DNA of 64,000 nt, from positions 6,535-70,534 of the forward strand of contig WYDT01000025.1 in NCBI GenBank assembly GCA_013122435.1. The letters run 5' to 3'. Under the pieces are notes generated by a model. It saw nothing but the letters and a program-made list of their open reading frames with translations, was not told where the DNA came from and searched no databases. How positions within the stretch are numbered: the first letter of the stretch is position 1; each line of letters opens with the position of its first letter. Source of the stretch: Chloroflexi bacterium AL-N1. Its GTDB lineage: Bacteria > Chloroflexota > Chloroflexia > Chloroflexales > Roseiflexaceae. Shown here one piece after another: positions 1-9,100 of this stretch. The position numbers and the translations under genes were made by a program.

Positions 1-1822
1 TCATCGTGTAGAACAGGGATGCGCGGTATTGGTCGCCGAGAGCGATCAACCAAATCAGTATGGCGCGAACGAATTATACATCCTGACTACGATGGCCGAT
101 CACGCAGCGATTGTAATGGAAAATGTTCGTCAATATACGATAGTACGTGATCGCGCAGAACAATTGGAGATCGTAACCAGTATTACACAAGTGATTAGCG
201 CCAGCGACATTAGCCATAATCTACCAGCAACACTGCGGCGTATCATTCATCTTATTCGTCGTATTGTGCTATGCGATTACGCTGCGCTGGCATTGTACAA
301 CGATGTCGATGACACTTTCTTTGTCGAATCTGTGTATGATTTTGCTATTCAAGACTGGGCAGATCTACCGGAAGGCTGGTCGATTGCCGCTAGCGATACC
401 ACCTGGCAAACAGCATGTCGTACTGCCAGCCCGATTGTGCAGTCGAATCTTGCGGAGAGTGCCTTTGCCGAAGATCAAGCTTTGGTTGATAAAGGATTGC
501 ATTCCAGTGTGGTTGTGCCGATCATTGGTGCCAGCCATGTGCTGGGGGCTTTGACATTTGCCACACGAAAACCACGTGCGTATGAGCAAAAACAGGTATC
601 AACGCTGTTGGAATTAGCTCATTATTTAGGGCCAGCCCTTGATAATGCACGCTTGAATAAAGAGCGTGAAGAAGCTTCGATCAAACTGGCCCGCACGCAG
701 GAACATCTCAATCTGGTCGATAAAGTACGGGTAGTCGGCTTGCTGGCATCAGGTGTTGCTCATGATTTTAACAATTTGCTCGCCGGGGTATTGGGCAATG
801 CCCAACTGTTGTTACTTGAAGTAGAAGAAGAAGAGCACCGCACAATGCTCAGGGTGATCGAGCAGGCTGCCAAGGATGGTGCAGAGACGGTACGCCGGTT
901 GCAGGGCTTTGCTCGCATGGAAAATGACTCGCCGATGAGCGATGTACGCCTGGATCTGCTTGCCCGCGATGCCATTGATATCACGCGCCCACGGTGGCGT
1001 GATGTCGCACAGAGTCGCGGGGTTAAAATCGATGTGGTTCGCAAACTTGATCCGGTAACGGCAATTGCTGGTCGACCTGCCGAGTTGCGCGAGGTGTTGA
1101 CAAATCTGATCCTCAATGCCGCCGATGCCATGCCACAGGGAGGACATATTACAGTCACGTCGTACGACGAATTAGACGCTGAGGAGCGTCCATCGGCAGT
1201 CGTCATTGAGATTGCAGATGAGGGGATCGGTATATCATCGGAGATACGAGCACGTATTTTTGAACCCTTCTTTACCACGAAAGGCGAGCAGGGAACCGGC
1301 TTAGGATTAGCCGTCTCACTGGGCATTGTCGAGGGCCATGGCGGACAGATCGAGATACACAGCGAATCAGGATCAGGAGCATGCTTTATGGTGCGGCTGC
1401 CTGTGCGTGACGCAGCGATCATTAGTTCGTCACGTCAGTGCAAACCACGCGAGATTATACCTGGCCATGTGCTGCTGGTACAGAGCGATAACGTGCTGCG
1501 AGAAGCTACTACGCGCCTTCTGGAGCGCTGGGGGAATCGCGTAGAGATGGCTTGTGATGGAACCGAGGCACTCCAGGCATTTATGCCACAACGCTATGAT
1601 GTGGTACTGTCTGATATGGGCATGCCAGACATGAATGGCCAAGCGCTCCTCCAACAGATCAAACAGCAAGATCCTCACGTTCCAACCATTCTCATCACTG
1701 GTTGGGGGCATCACACTGCCGATGGAGCGGTGCAGCTTAGTGGCGTGGACTTTGTGATCGAGAAGCCTTTCGATTTAGAGGATTTACGAGAAGTATTAGC
1801 CGAAGCAATGACATCAACATAA
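1..1822 (+). CDS. Hybrid sensor histidine kinase/response regulator (GAF - HisKA - HATPase_c - C-terminal receiver); 5' end runs off the window. Frame is open from nt 2, so the listed TTG at 29 is probably internal.
   Basis: GAF-like region (VVPIIGASHVLGALTFATRK). H-box at VAHDFNNLLAGVLGNAQLL. ATP-lid motifs DEGIGI, TTKGEQGTGLGL. C-terminal REC with VLSDMGMPDMNG and phospho-acceptor Asp. No stop upstream in frame. Confidence 0.8.
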   Translation, partial: HRVEQGCAVLVAESDQPNQYGANELYILTTMADHAAIVMENVRQYTIVRDRAEQLEIVTSITQVISASDISHNLPATLRRIIHLIRRIVLCDYAALALYNDVDDTFFVESVYDFAIQDWADLPEGWSIAASDTTWQTACRTASPIVQSNLAESAFAEDQALVDKGLHSSVVVPIIGASHVLGALTFATRKPRAYEQKQVSTLLELAHYLGPALDNARLNKEREEASIKLARTQEHLNLVDKVRVVGLLASGVAHDFNNLLAGVLGNAQLLLLEVEEEEHRTMLRVIEQAAKDGAETVRRLQGFARMENDSPMSDVRLDLLARDAIDITRPRWRDVAQSRGVKIDVVRKLDPVTAIAGRPAELREVLTNLILNAADAMPQGGHITVTSYDELDAEERPSAVVIEIADEGIGISSEIRARIFEPFFTTKGEQGTGLGLAVSLGIVEGHGGQIEIHSESGSGACFMVRLPVRDAAIISSSRQCKPREIIPGHVLLVQSDNVLREATTRLLERWGNRVEMACDGTEALQAFMPQRYDVVLSDMGMPDMNGQALLQQIKQQDPHVPTILITGWGHHTADGAVQLSGVDFVIEKPFDLEDLREVLAEAMTST

Positions 1823-1906
1823 CTCCCAGCACCAACTTGCGTTGTAGGTCTGATAATGCTACTATCGGCATAGAACCTGGTTTGAAATGAAAATGAAGGA
1901 ACGCTC

Positions 1907-3043
1907 ATGAAGCTGCATGAATATCAAGCTCGTGACATTTTGGCGCGGTACAAGATTCCTGTAACCGGTGGTGGTGTCGCTAGTACTCCCACAGAAGCCC
2001 GACGTCTCGCTGAGCAGATCGGTGCAAAAGTTGTCGTGAAAGCACAAGTTTTTGTTGGTGGACGCGGTAAGGCCGGTGGTGTGAAGTTGGCCAATACCCC
2101 TGAGCAAACAGAGCAGATCGCTGGACAAATTCTGGGCATGGACATCAAAGGTCTGACAGTGGAAAAAGTGCTCGTCGCTGAGGCAATTACCTATGAGCGT
2201 GAGATTTATCTGGGCGTCGTTATGGATCGTGGTTCTAAGCGTATTACCCTCATGGCCTCATCCGAGGGCGGTGTCGAGATTGAAGAGGTTGCCAAAACAA
2301 ACCCCGATGCCATCGTTCGCATCGCAGCCCATCCAACACTCGGTTTGCTCGACTACCAGGCACGCGAGTTAGCCTTTGGCATTGGCTTGAAAGACGGCAA
2401 ACAGGCTCGTCAGTTCGCCAGCATTGCGATGGCCCTCTATCGTGCGTATATCGAAAACGATGCCGATCTGGCAGAGATCAATCCACTGGTTGTACGCGCA
2501 GATGGATCACTGCAGGCCCTCGACTCAAAGATGGTGCTCGACGAAAGTGCGCTCTACCGCCATCCTGATCTGGCCGCCATGCGCGACTCTTCCGATGAAC
2601 CAGAGGCAGAGCAACAGGCACGCGAGGCTGGCATCACGTTCATCAAGCTCGATGGCAACATCGGATGTATGGTAAATGGGGCTGGTCTGGCCATGGCGAC
2701 CATGGATGTCGTTAAATTGTATGGGGGCGAGCCAGCCAACTTCCTTGACATCGGTGGTGGTGCGGGCAAGGATAAAGTCAAAGCCGCCCTCCAGATTATT
2801 TTGTCTGATACTAATGTTAAGGCAGTGATGTTCAACATCTTTGGTGGCATTACCCGTGTTGATGAAGTCGCACGTGGTATTATCGCAGCACTCGAAGAAG
2901 TCCAGACTGACGTGCCGATGGTCGCACGTCTGGTTGGCACGAACGAAGAAGAAGGTCGCAAATTGCTGGCCCAGTCTTCCCTGATACCGGCAGCAACACT
3001 GGCAGAAGCAGCAGAAAAAGCCGTCGCAGCATCAAAGGGTTAG
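1907..3043 (+). CDS. sucC: Succinyl-CoA synthetase (ADP-forming) beta subunit
   Basis: Collinear with E. coli SucC over its full length: [70 protein letters not shown] Shine-Dalgarno (SD) sequence 8 nt upstream of the ATG. No sucD follows. Confidence 0.85.
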   Translation: MKLHEYQARDILARYKIPVTGGGVASTPTEARRLAEQIGAKVVVKAQVFVGGRGKAGGVKLANTPEQTEQIAGQILGMDIKGLTVEKVLVAEAITYEREIYLGVVMDRGSKRITLMASSEGGVEIEEVAKTNPDAIVRIAAHPTLGLLDYQARELAFGIGLKDGKQARQFASIAMALYRAYIENDADLAEINPLVVRADGSLQALDSKMVLDESALYRHPDLAAMRDSSDEPEAEQQAREAGITFIKLDGNIGCMVNGAGLAMATMDVVKLYGGEPANFLDIGGGAGKDKVKAALQIILSDTNVKAVMFNIFGGITRVDEVARGIIAALEEVQTDVPMVARLVGTNEEEGRKLLAQSSLIPAATLAEAAEKAVAASKG

Positions 3044-3073
3044 AGAGCACAATTACCAGAAACCAATCGATTA

Positions 3074-3131
3074 AGACCTCCGCAATGAGTCAGGATATAT
3101 GATCTGGCTATTAGCGGAGGTCTGTTTGTGT
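3074..3131 (+). terminator. Candidate intrinsic terminator after sucC: 10-bp stem AGACCTCCGC/GCGGAGGTCT with a large loop, then GTTTGTGT.
   Basis: Perfect 10-bp inverted repeat at 3074-3083 and 3114-3123, 30 nt after the sucC stop, followed by a U-rich run. The 30-nt loop lowers confidence. Confidence 0.3.
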
Positions 3132-3843
3132 CCATACCCAATCACTTTTCGCTGGGCACTAAGCATGACGACGGCGAGATGCCACCGAGCTACGAGATCG
3201 ATGAACAAATTGGAAATAATGTGGTTACGAAAGACTGTAATGAAATATTACGTCATAAAAGGCATAAAAGATAACCAATGACACATTTAGGATGTAATGC
3301 TGAAAAAAGGTCATTCGTCAACATAATTGCAAAATTATACTTTTTAATAGTAAGACTCGCAAAATATGTTATGCACATGTATAATCTACAAAACGATCAT
3401 ATCTCCAAAATATCACGTATTTAGCCTTTATAACGTTACAAACGCATGCTTTATCTTATAAAACCACATAAAAAACTACAATGACGGCAAATGATATCCC
3501 TGTCATTGTAACGTACTTTTCTAGCTATTCGGATCACAAAATATATTAATTGGTATTTTTCTACCAAAGCGTTTTAGCCATTCTGATCAAGTAATCTATA
3601 ATTTCAAGCTGTTTTAGCAAGAATATGGATAAAAAGTAAAAAACAGAAAAATCAAACTTAGATTGAGTGAGGAGATGCAGAGTTTTGCAGAAGAGCACCG
3701 GAAATCTTCTAAAAAATAAAAAATCTGTTATACACAGATAAATACTATAACATGAAGTAAATCATGCCTCTTTTTAAACAAGTTACGAATTCTGTTTTGT
3801 CATAAGTATGATCTCCATCAAGTGAAGGCAAACTCTATTTTTT

Positions 3844-3884
3844 AGACCTGAGAGAACTTCGATATTCTTCAGGTCTCTTTTGTA
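3844..3884 (+). terminator. Strong hairpin plus U-tract (intrinsic-terminator-like) 18 nt upstream of the 3902 ATG; possible end of an sRNA or a leader attenuator.
   Basis: AGACCTGAGAGAA-cttcgata-TTCTTCAGGTCT gives a 12-bp stem with one bulge. It is followed by CTTTTGT. Confidence 0.45.
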
Positions 3885-3901
3885 TCTGTGGAATTATACA
3901 C

Positions 3902-4564
3902 ATGAATACGCACAACAACGTGACAGTAATTCCCTGTTATAAATTGTTACGTTCGAACGACTCTTCGCAGGTACGCCTGATCCAGGTGGTGCTGGCGATC
4001 ATCCTGGCACTGGTGGTGTTGCCGGTGCTTGGCCAGGCGATTCTGCGTTACTTTGTACCACAGGAGGTTGATCCATTTCCCCCAGTCGGAGAAACATATC
4101 AACCAGGTGAAGCGCCTCAAACACTCATGGCAGCAACTATGCCTCCAATATCAACGGCAATTTCACTGGACGAAGAGGAAATTGAGCAGATTGAGCAATC
4201 TATCAATTTTTCACTGTTGGTGCCAGGTTACGTACCAAATGAGTGTTACTGGCAATCATATCGTGTCATTCTCAATGGAGTACAACTTTCTTATACATGT
4301 CTCTGCATAAACCAACAACAAGTGCAAAATGTGCAACAGCCACGTTTTGGAGAAGGTTCGACAGAAGAAGTGAGCGTCGGAAACAACCCGGCTTTTTACA
4401 TACGCGGAAATTGGATGCAATTGGAAGGACAAAACGAGCCGATCTGGGTAGGAGATGCTGGATCATGGTTAATATTTGAGCATGATGATATTATTATACG
4501 TTTGCGAACTGGTTCTTTGACTAAAGAAGAGCTGATCAGAATCATTGATTCAATGTTGGAATGA
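3902..4564 (+). CDS. Hypothetical membrane-anchored protein (one N-terminal TM helix, acidic linker, C-terminal globular domain of unknown function)
   Basis: 220-aa ORF with hydrophobic segment VVLAIILALVVLPVLGQAIL. Lies inside an AT-rich islet. No recognisable catalytic motif. Confidence 0.5.
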   Translation: MNTHNNVTVIPCYKLLRSNDSSQVRLIQVVLAIILALVVLPVLGQAILRYFVPQEVDPFPPVGETYQPGEAPQTLMAATMPPISTAISLDEEEIEQIEQSINFSLLVPGYVPNECYWQSYRVILNGVQLSYTCLCINQQQVQNVQQPRFGEGSTEEVSVGNNPAFYIRGNWMQLEGQNEPIWVGDAGSWLIFEHDDIIIRLRTGSLTKEELIRIIDSMLE

Positions 4565-4577
4565 CCTAACAAAAGAA

Positions 4578-4615
4578 AAAGCTGGCCAGATCTTACATAA
4601 TTTCTGGCCAGCTTT
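4578..4615. terminator. Bidirectional hairpin terminator between convergent genes. T-tract is on the minus-strand side, so it mainly serves the 4647-4970 minus gene.
   Basis: Perfect 13-bp inverted repeat AAAGCTGGCCAGA / TCTGGCCAGCTTT with a 12-nt loop. The minus-strand reading is followed by TTTTTCTTTTGTT. Confidence 0.5.
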
Positions 4616-4646
4616 CCAGATTGATTATCGTTTAGCGTTCATGATC

Positions 4647-4970
4647 TTAAGCTACTGCTTTGCCAATCAATGAGCTACCAATAGCGATTAACTCATTACG
4701 TGAGAGCAGCGCACCTTGCATTTCGAGCAAAAATGGTCCATACTCCCACAAGAACACCTGTATATCGAGCATACCACCGGGTTGATTGTCGACAGGTACT
4801 GTAAAGGTGTAAAAAGCTGCCGGATGCCTTCCTATTGTAGCTGTTTCAAGGGCAAATGGAACGTCTCTCGTTTCCGGCTTATCATAGAACTGTTTTAATG
4901 ATAAACCACCATCCATTAGTACCTTTGTAATGGACAATAGTGCCAAGAACGTCATCGGACGATGACGCAA
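4647..4970 (-). CDS. Hypothetical protein (107 aa); may be the 3' part of a frameshifted gene whose 5' part is the overlapping 61-aa ORF 4882..5067
   Basis: Both ORFs are on the minus strand in adjacent frames and overlap by 89 nt. The 107-aa frame opens immediately after a TAA and starts on TTG. Neither has a convincing SD. Confidence 0.3.
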   Translation of the reverse strand: MRHRPMTFLALLSITKVLMDGGLSLKQFYDKPETRDVPFALETATIGRHPAAFYTFTVPVDNQPGGMLDIQVFLWEYGPFLLEMQGALLSRNELIAIGSSLIGKAVA

Positions 4971-5067
4971 TCCTTAGCACACGAGCCAGCTTCATATCAA
5001 ACGACTGAAGTTGAGCAGGTTGTAGCAACGTAGGCTCCGATAGTTGCCGCATCTCTGCCTGGAACAT
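4882..5067 (-). CDS. Hypothetical 61-aa ORF; possibly the N-terminal fragment of a frameshifted gene together with 4647..4970
   Basis: ATG-initiated ORF that overlaps the following ORF in the -1 frame. No family recognised. Confidence 0.2.
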   Translation of the reverse strand: MFQAEMRQLSEPTLLQPAQLQSFDMKLARVLRIASSSDDVLGTIVHYKGTNGWWFIIKTVL

Positions 5068-5090
5068 AGGGCGTGACTCGTAGACAGATC

Positions 5091-5168
5091 CTACATTGCC
5101 TGATTGGGCTTGAACTCCATTAGTTGCGCTTTGAATAATCTTAACACTACCAGGTTTATGATGGTCAT
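5091..5168 (-). CDS. Candidate 25-aa small protein MTIINLVVLRLFKAQLMEFKPNQAM with a near-perfect SD
   Basis: AAGGAGA lies 8 nt upstream of the ATG on the minus strand (rc of 5176-5182). The ORF sits directly downstream of the Cys-rich protein gene. Not in the supplied ORF track because it is under 60 aa. Confidence 0.25.
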   Translation of the reverse strand: MTIINLVVLRLFKAQLMEFKPNQAM

Positions 5169-5219
5169 AATTTACGTTCTCCTTCTATATAATTTAAGTA
5201 AGATCTCATACTGATGTAT

Positions 5220-5630
5220 TTAACATCCTGCGGCATTACAGCTTAGATACGTTTTTGTATAGCAAAATCTGCCATCTGAACTATCATAGCAATCGTAAGC
5301 TACCAATTTGTCAGGAATACCTTGATTGCAATGTGAAGGCCTGGGACAAGATCCACAACTTCTCCTACACATTGTAACAGAGCCACCATAGTGACAATTA
5401 ACCGACTCACACCCAACTCCAGCTAGCGCTTCCCTGGTGTTTTGCCTACTCAGCAGTCCTGCACCTGCCAACACACCACTTAGTTTGAGCAACCACCGTC
5501 GGGAAGGACTGCTGGGCGGAAGAAGTTTGTAGGCCAACTGCGTGTGAGTACCCTCGCGGTGCATCAGTTGCCACACCTGCCATGCCGAACGGGGGCCAAT
5601 GAGTAACCCAAGGTGGAGGGCAGCATGCAT
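5220..5630 (-). CDS. Small secreted cysteine-rich protein with a twin-arginine (Tat) signal peptide; the true start is probably an internal Met (MHREG...)
   Basis: Tat signal: SRRWLLK consensus, then hydrophobic LSGVLAGAGLL and an ALA-G cleavage site. The ~66-aa mature part carries 12 Cys (CESVNCHY..CRRSCGSCPRPSHC..DCYDSSDGRFCYTKTYLSCNAAGC). It shares a frame with the upstream DCC-fragment gene, separated by one TAG. Confidence 0.45.
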   Translation of the reverse strand: MHAALHLGLLIGPRSAWQVWQLMHREGTHTQLAYKLLPPSSPSRRWLLKLSGVLAGAGLLSRQNTREALAGVGCESVNCHYGGSVTMCRRSCGSCPRPSHCNQGIPDKLVAYDCYDSSDGRFCYTKTYLSCNAAGC

Positions 5631-5651
5631 CCCACGCCACGCCTGAACCTG

Positions 5652-5834
5652 CTACGCGTCTACAAAGACAAGATAGGTGCCATGGTCCGCAGGATACACA
5701 CGATCGAGCAATGTCCTGGCTGTGTCATCGTGAATACTCACCACAGTGATTTGATCGCCAACCACCGCTTGCACCTGTCTGGCGAGTCGGCTACAAACAG
5801 AACATCCCGCGTCGAACACTAAGTAGCGTTCCAT
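5652..5834 (-). CDS. DCC-family (DUF393) thiol-disulfide oxidoreductase-like protein, N-terminal half only (60 aa)
   Basis: MERYLVFDAGCSVCSRLARQV... fits the DUF393 N-terminal consensus (vvfYDGdCplC..., then ITVVSIHDD...). AAGGAAAGGAA SD upstream of the ATG at 5834. The ORF stops after ~60 aa, whereas family members run 110-140 aa. Confidence 0.45.
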   Translation of the reverse strand: MERYLVFDAGCSVCSRLARQVQAVVGDQITVVSIHDDTARTLLDRVYPADHGTYLVFVDA

Positions 5835-6106
5835 GATTCCTTTCCTTTCATGTAAAAATAGATTATCTACATACCTAAACACACTAAATCGTATAAATTC
5901 AGCGTAAGTAAGCCATTTTTATATAGACATCATATTTTGAAATAAATACACATTTTCCACATCAAATATGATCAAATAGCAGTAAAGTAATGATATAACA
6001 ATGAAGAACAAATGATAAGGAGATAATCGTAACAACTCACGAGAGAGAAACAATCTTCATTATTAGTACGAGGGTTTAGCCTCGTGCAGCTTCAGTCCCG
6101 TGTAAC

Positions 6107-6136
6107 AGGAAAAAACGCCCGAGGGGAAACCCTCGG
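6107..6136 (-). terminator. Rho-independent terminator of the acc-mcr-pcs transcript
   Basis: Minus strand, 40 nt after the pcs stop: CCGAGGG-TTTC-CCCTCGG then GCGTTTTTTCC. A 7-bp GC stem with a tetraloop and a U6 tract. Confidence 0.7.
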
Positions 6137-6175
6137 ACGCATGTGTTCTCAAACATCTTGTCAGATTGTGGAAGA

Positions 6176-9100
6176 CTACGTGGCGTTGGTCATTTCTTCC
6201 CAGGCTGCGTAAAGATCGTCCTTCGTCTTCAAACCAGCACGTGGCAAGGCATGATTGACGATGTATGTTGCACCGGCGTGACGGTTGTCCCACATCTCCT
6301 GGTGGGCCCGTGCCAATTCATCCCACTCAACCAACTCTGGCTCGGTGATGCTGAGGAGACCTGCGCTGATTTCGTCGTTCAGCCGCAGAATTTCGTGGGC
6401 ATTACAGAGGTGTGTTCCCCAGATATTGGCCGTCGGCATGTAAATGCGCCGTTGACGCATCCAGATCTGTGGTGCAAAGAATGAATAGCGCTGGTTATCC
6501 ATGTTTTCGTAGTATATAATCCGACCAGTGTAAGGTTTCACCAGCATCGAACTTACTGCTAATGTATCATGGCCAGCACGCTCAATGATGAGATCAGGAT
6601 ATCCACGTGGGTTTTCTGCGCTACGCAACAACGATCCAACCGCACCCCCCAGAGGTTTGAAGGTTAGGTCATTGAAGTCCCGTATCGCATCCTTGAATCC
6701 TTGGAGATCGACACGCGCTTCAGGCAATTCCGGCATAGTTTCAGGCCAATCAAATTCATCACCATAACGGCGCTTAAGCGTCTCTACACTGACCACACCC
6801 TTGAGTGAAGCACCAAAGCCAAGACTTAGCACAAACTCACGTTGAGCATCAGTATAGGTAGCCACAACAATACGCGCGCCTTTGACACGAGCCGCTTCAA
6901 TGGCTTCCAGCCCGACCTGATCAACCAGATGATCCGCCTGTGTGGCGCTTGTTTGACCTGGTTTCACATCTTTGGCATCTACACCATAGTAAATCAAGAC
7001 CGCTTCACCGGCACGAAGATTGGCTCGCTGGAGCATCTCAATCGGGTCTACGGCGCCTGGCTTACCTAAAAATGTAAAGTGATAGCCACTACTCGCACCG
7101 TAGAATGTCAACGTTGGAATATGGCCATCGTGTGGTTCGCCAAGTATTTGGAAGCTACGAGGGAAGGCTTGCTCACCTGCGTGTGAGACGGCATAGTCAG
7201 CCAGATGTCCATCATTCTGAGCACGGAAGTCATCGAGCAATGCACGCCCGGCCTGTTCCCATGCCCGCCACTGCGCCGGATTTGCAGGAACCCGTGTAAA
7301 GCAATCCTTGTAACGTGGATCTTTCCGGTTAAGGCTCCCCTGTGCCCCAGCCTGGCGAATCGTCTCGGCCCGTGCAGGACTACTCACCATACCCATTGCA
7401 CGAAGACCATTACGCGTTGAGGAGTGTACCGCATCCAGTCCGGTACCTGTGGCTGCACCTTCAATGAAGATCGTACGTCCTGGCTGGATTTGCAGGATCG
7501 TGAACAGTGCGCGATAAATAGTTCCCAGATTCAGAATATAGCTTCCGGCTGACTCAAGCGACAGGTCGGGCGGCAATGGCATACACTGTGGTGCCTGGGC
7601 AAGCATAAACTGTTGATGGGAGCCATCTGGTGTATTGTAGCCCTGAATACCGAAGTCGGCAAACATCGGATCGAGGCCCTGCATTGGCGAAAGGAGATCG
7701 CTCTGACCACTATAGATCGTGACCAGATTACCAACCTTGAGACGGCCCTGCCGACGCGCCTCTTCGCCGAGTGCCGCGATGAGGCCAATCCCACCACTAC
7801 CACTAACATGCCAATCACGATCGTGTTCGTCAAACTGCGACACCGGTATGCCGGTAATGGCCCAAATGTCGTTAAAGTTGACTTCGCTGGCAAGCACATA
7901 GATCAGCGCCTCATTAGGACTCGGGCTTTCCACAGGAATCACAATCTGATGTTCGGTTTCCTCTGGATCGCCATGCATGTAGGCACCAGTCTGTTCATCA
8001 CGAACAATGGCCTGTGCATACTGCCAATTTGGCATGGGGGTAATCCCAGGGAAGAAAGGTGTCCCAATCGGTAACAGTTCGCCATCTTCGATAAACTGTC
8101 GTTCGTCCTGTGTGCCAAGGAGCGCACGACGTGTTGGGAGCGGCGCACTGCGCTTGTCGAGGAAGTCTTGAATCCCACGTTTGCCGCCTTCAGGATCGAC
8201 GACTGCCTCAGCAAACAGATACGCTTCTCGCCCCAGGCCCTGCACCAATCCGTTGGTCAAACCAAAGCGCATGGCTTCGAGCGCACGATCAACCGCTTTG
8301 GTACGGCCTGCCCTGTGTGACTGCTGCACAATACGCTCGATCCGAGGATGCCGTAACAGCGGTTCAAATTCCTCTGTCACAAACTGTTGGGCAGGAGCCT
8401 CCCACGAAGCTGTGCGTGTTTTGCGGCGCTCAAAAGCGTTGGCAAGCACTGATGCTTTCTGTGTGGGGCCATGCGCTGATCCGTTGGTTGCTTGTGCGGT
8501 ATCGCCAAGCTGCTTGCCATATTCGCGCACATACGCGGTAGCCACCGAAAGCGAATCCTGGTTGGCCTGTGCAACAATATCCACCAACCCAATGTCATGG
8601 GCTTCCTGCGCGCTGATATTGCGTCCACCAAGAATGAGTTCGAGTGCGGTTAACAACCCGTCGGTGCTGCTATTGGCGTGGAGCAAACGTGGCAGACGTT
8701 GCGTGCCACCATACCCCGGCAGCAGGCGCAGATTAATCTCTGGCTGACCAAATTCGGCGTGCATATCTGCAACACGATAGTGGCATGCAAGCGCAAACTC
8801 GAGACCACCACCCAGAGCAACACCGTTGATTGCCGCAATACAAGGCTTGTTCATCTGCTCAATCTTGCGGAAAGCCGGATGGGCGTTGTTCGGCAACGCG
8901 ATGGCATCCTCGACCGAGTGCGTCTCCTCGAGAAGCTGGCGGATATCAGCACCGGCCACAAAACTCTTGGTTCCCTGACCCGTGAAGACGATGGCTTTCA
9001 CCTCATCACGCCGCGCAAGATGGTCGACAATGGTATTGAGTTCATCAAGCGAGCGCTCATTTAAGGCATTGACCGGCGGGTTCGTAATCGTTACCACCGC

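Noticed and set aside
5631-5651. In-frame TAG between the DCC-fragment ORF and the Cys-rich ORF (one continuous 205-codon frame, 5220-5834), considered as possible stop-codon read-through or recoding
   Set aside because: The downstream ORF has its own ATG and a complete Tat signal peptide, so it makes sense only as an independent N-terminus. Frame identity has a 1-in-3 chance. Every other long gene in the window terminates normally on TAA/TAG/TGA, which argues against genetic-code reassignment.
5446-5822. Small ORFs 5446-5640 (-) and 5613-5822 (+) overlapping the DCC and Cys-rich genes
   Set aside because: They are off-frame or antisense overlaps of ORFs that have SD sequences and recognisable motifs. 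No independent support.
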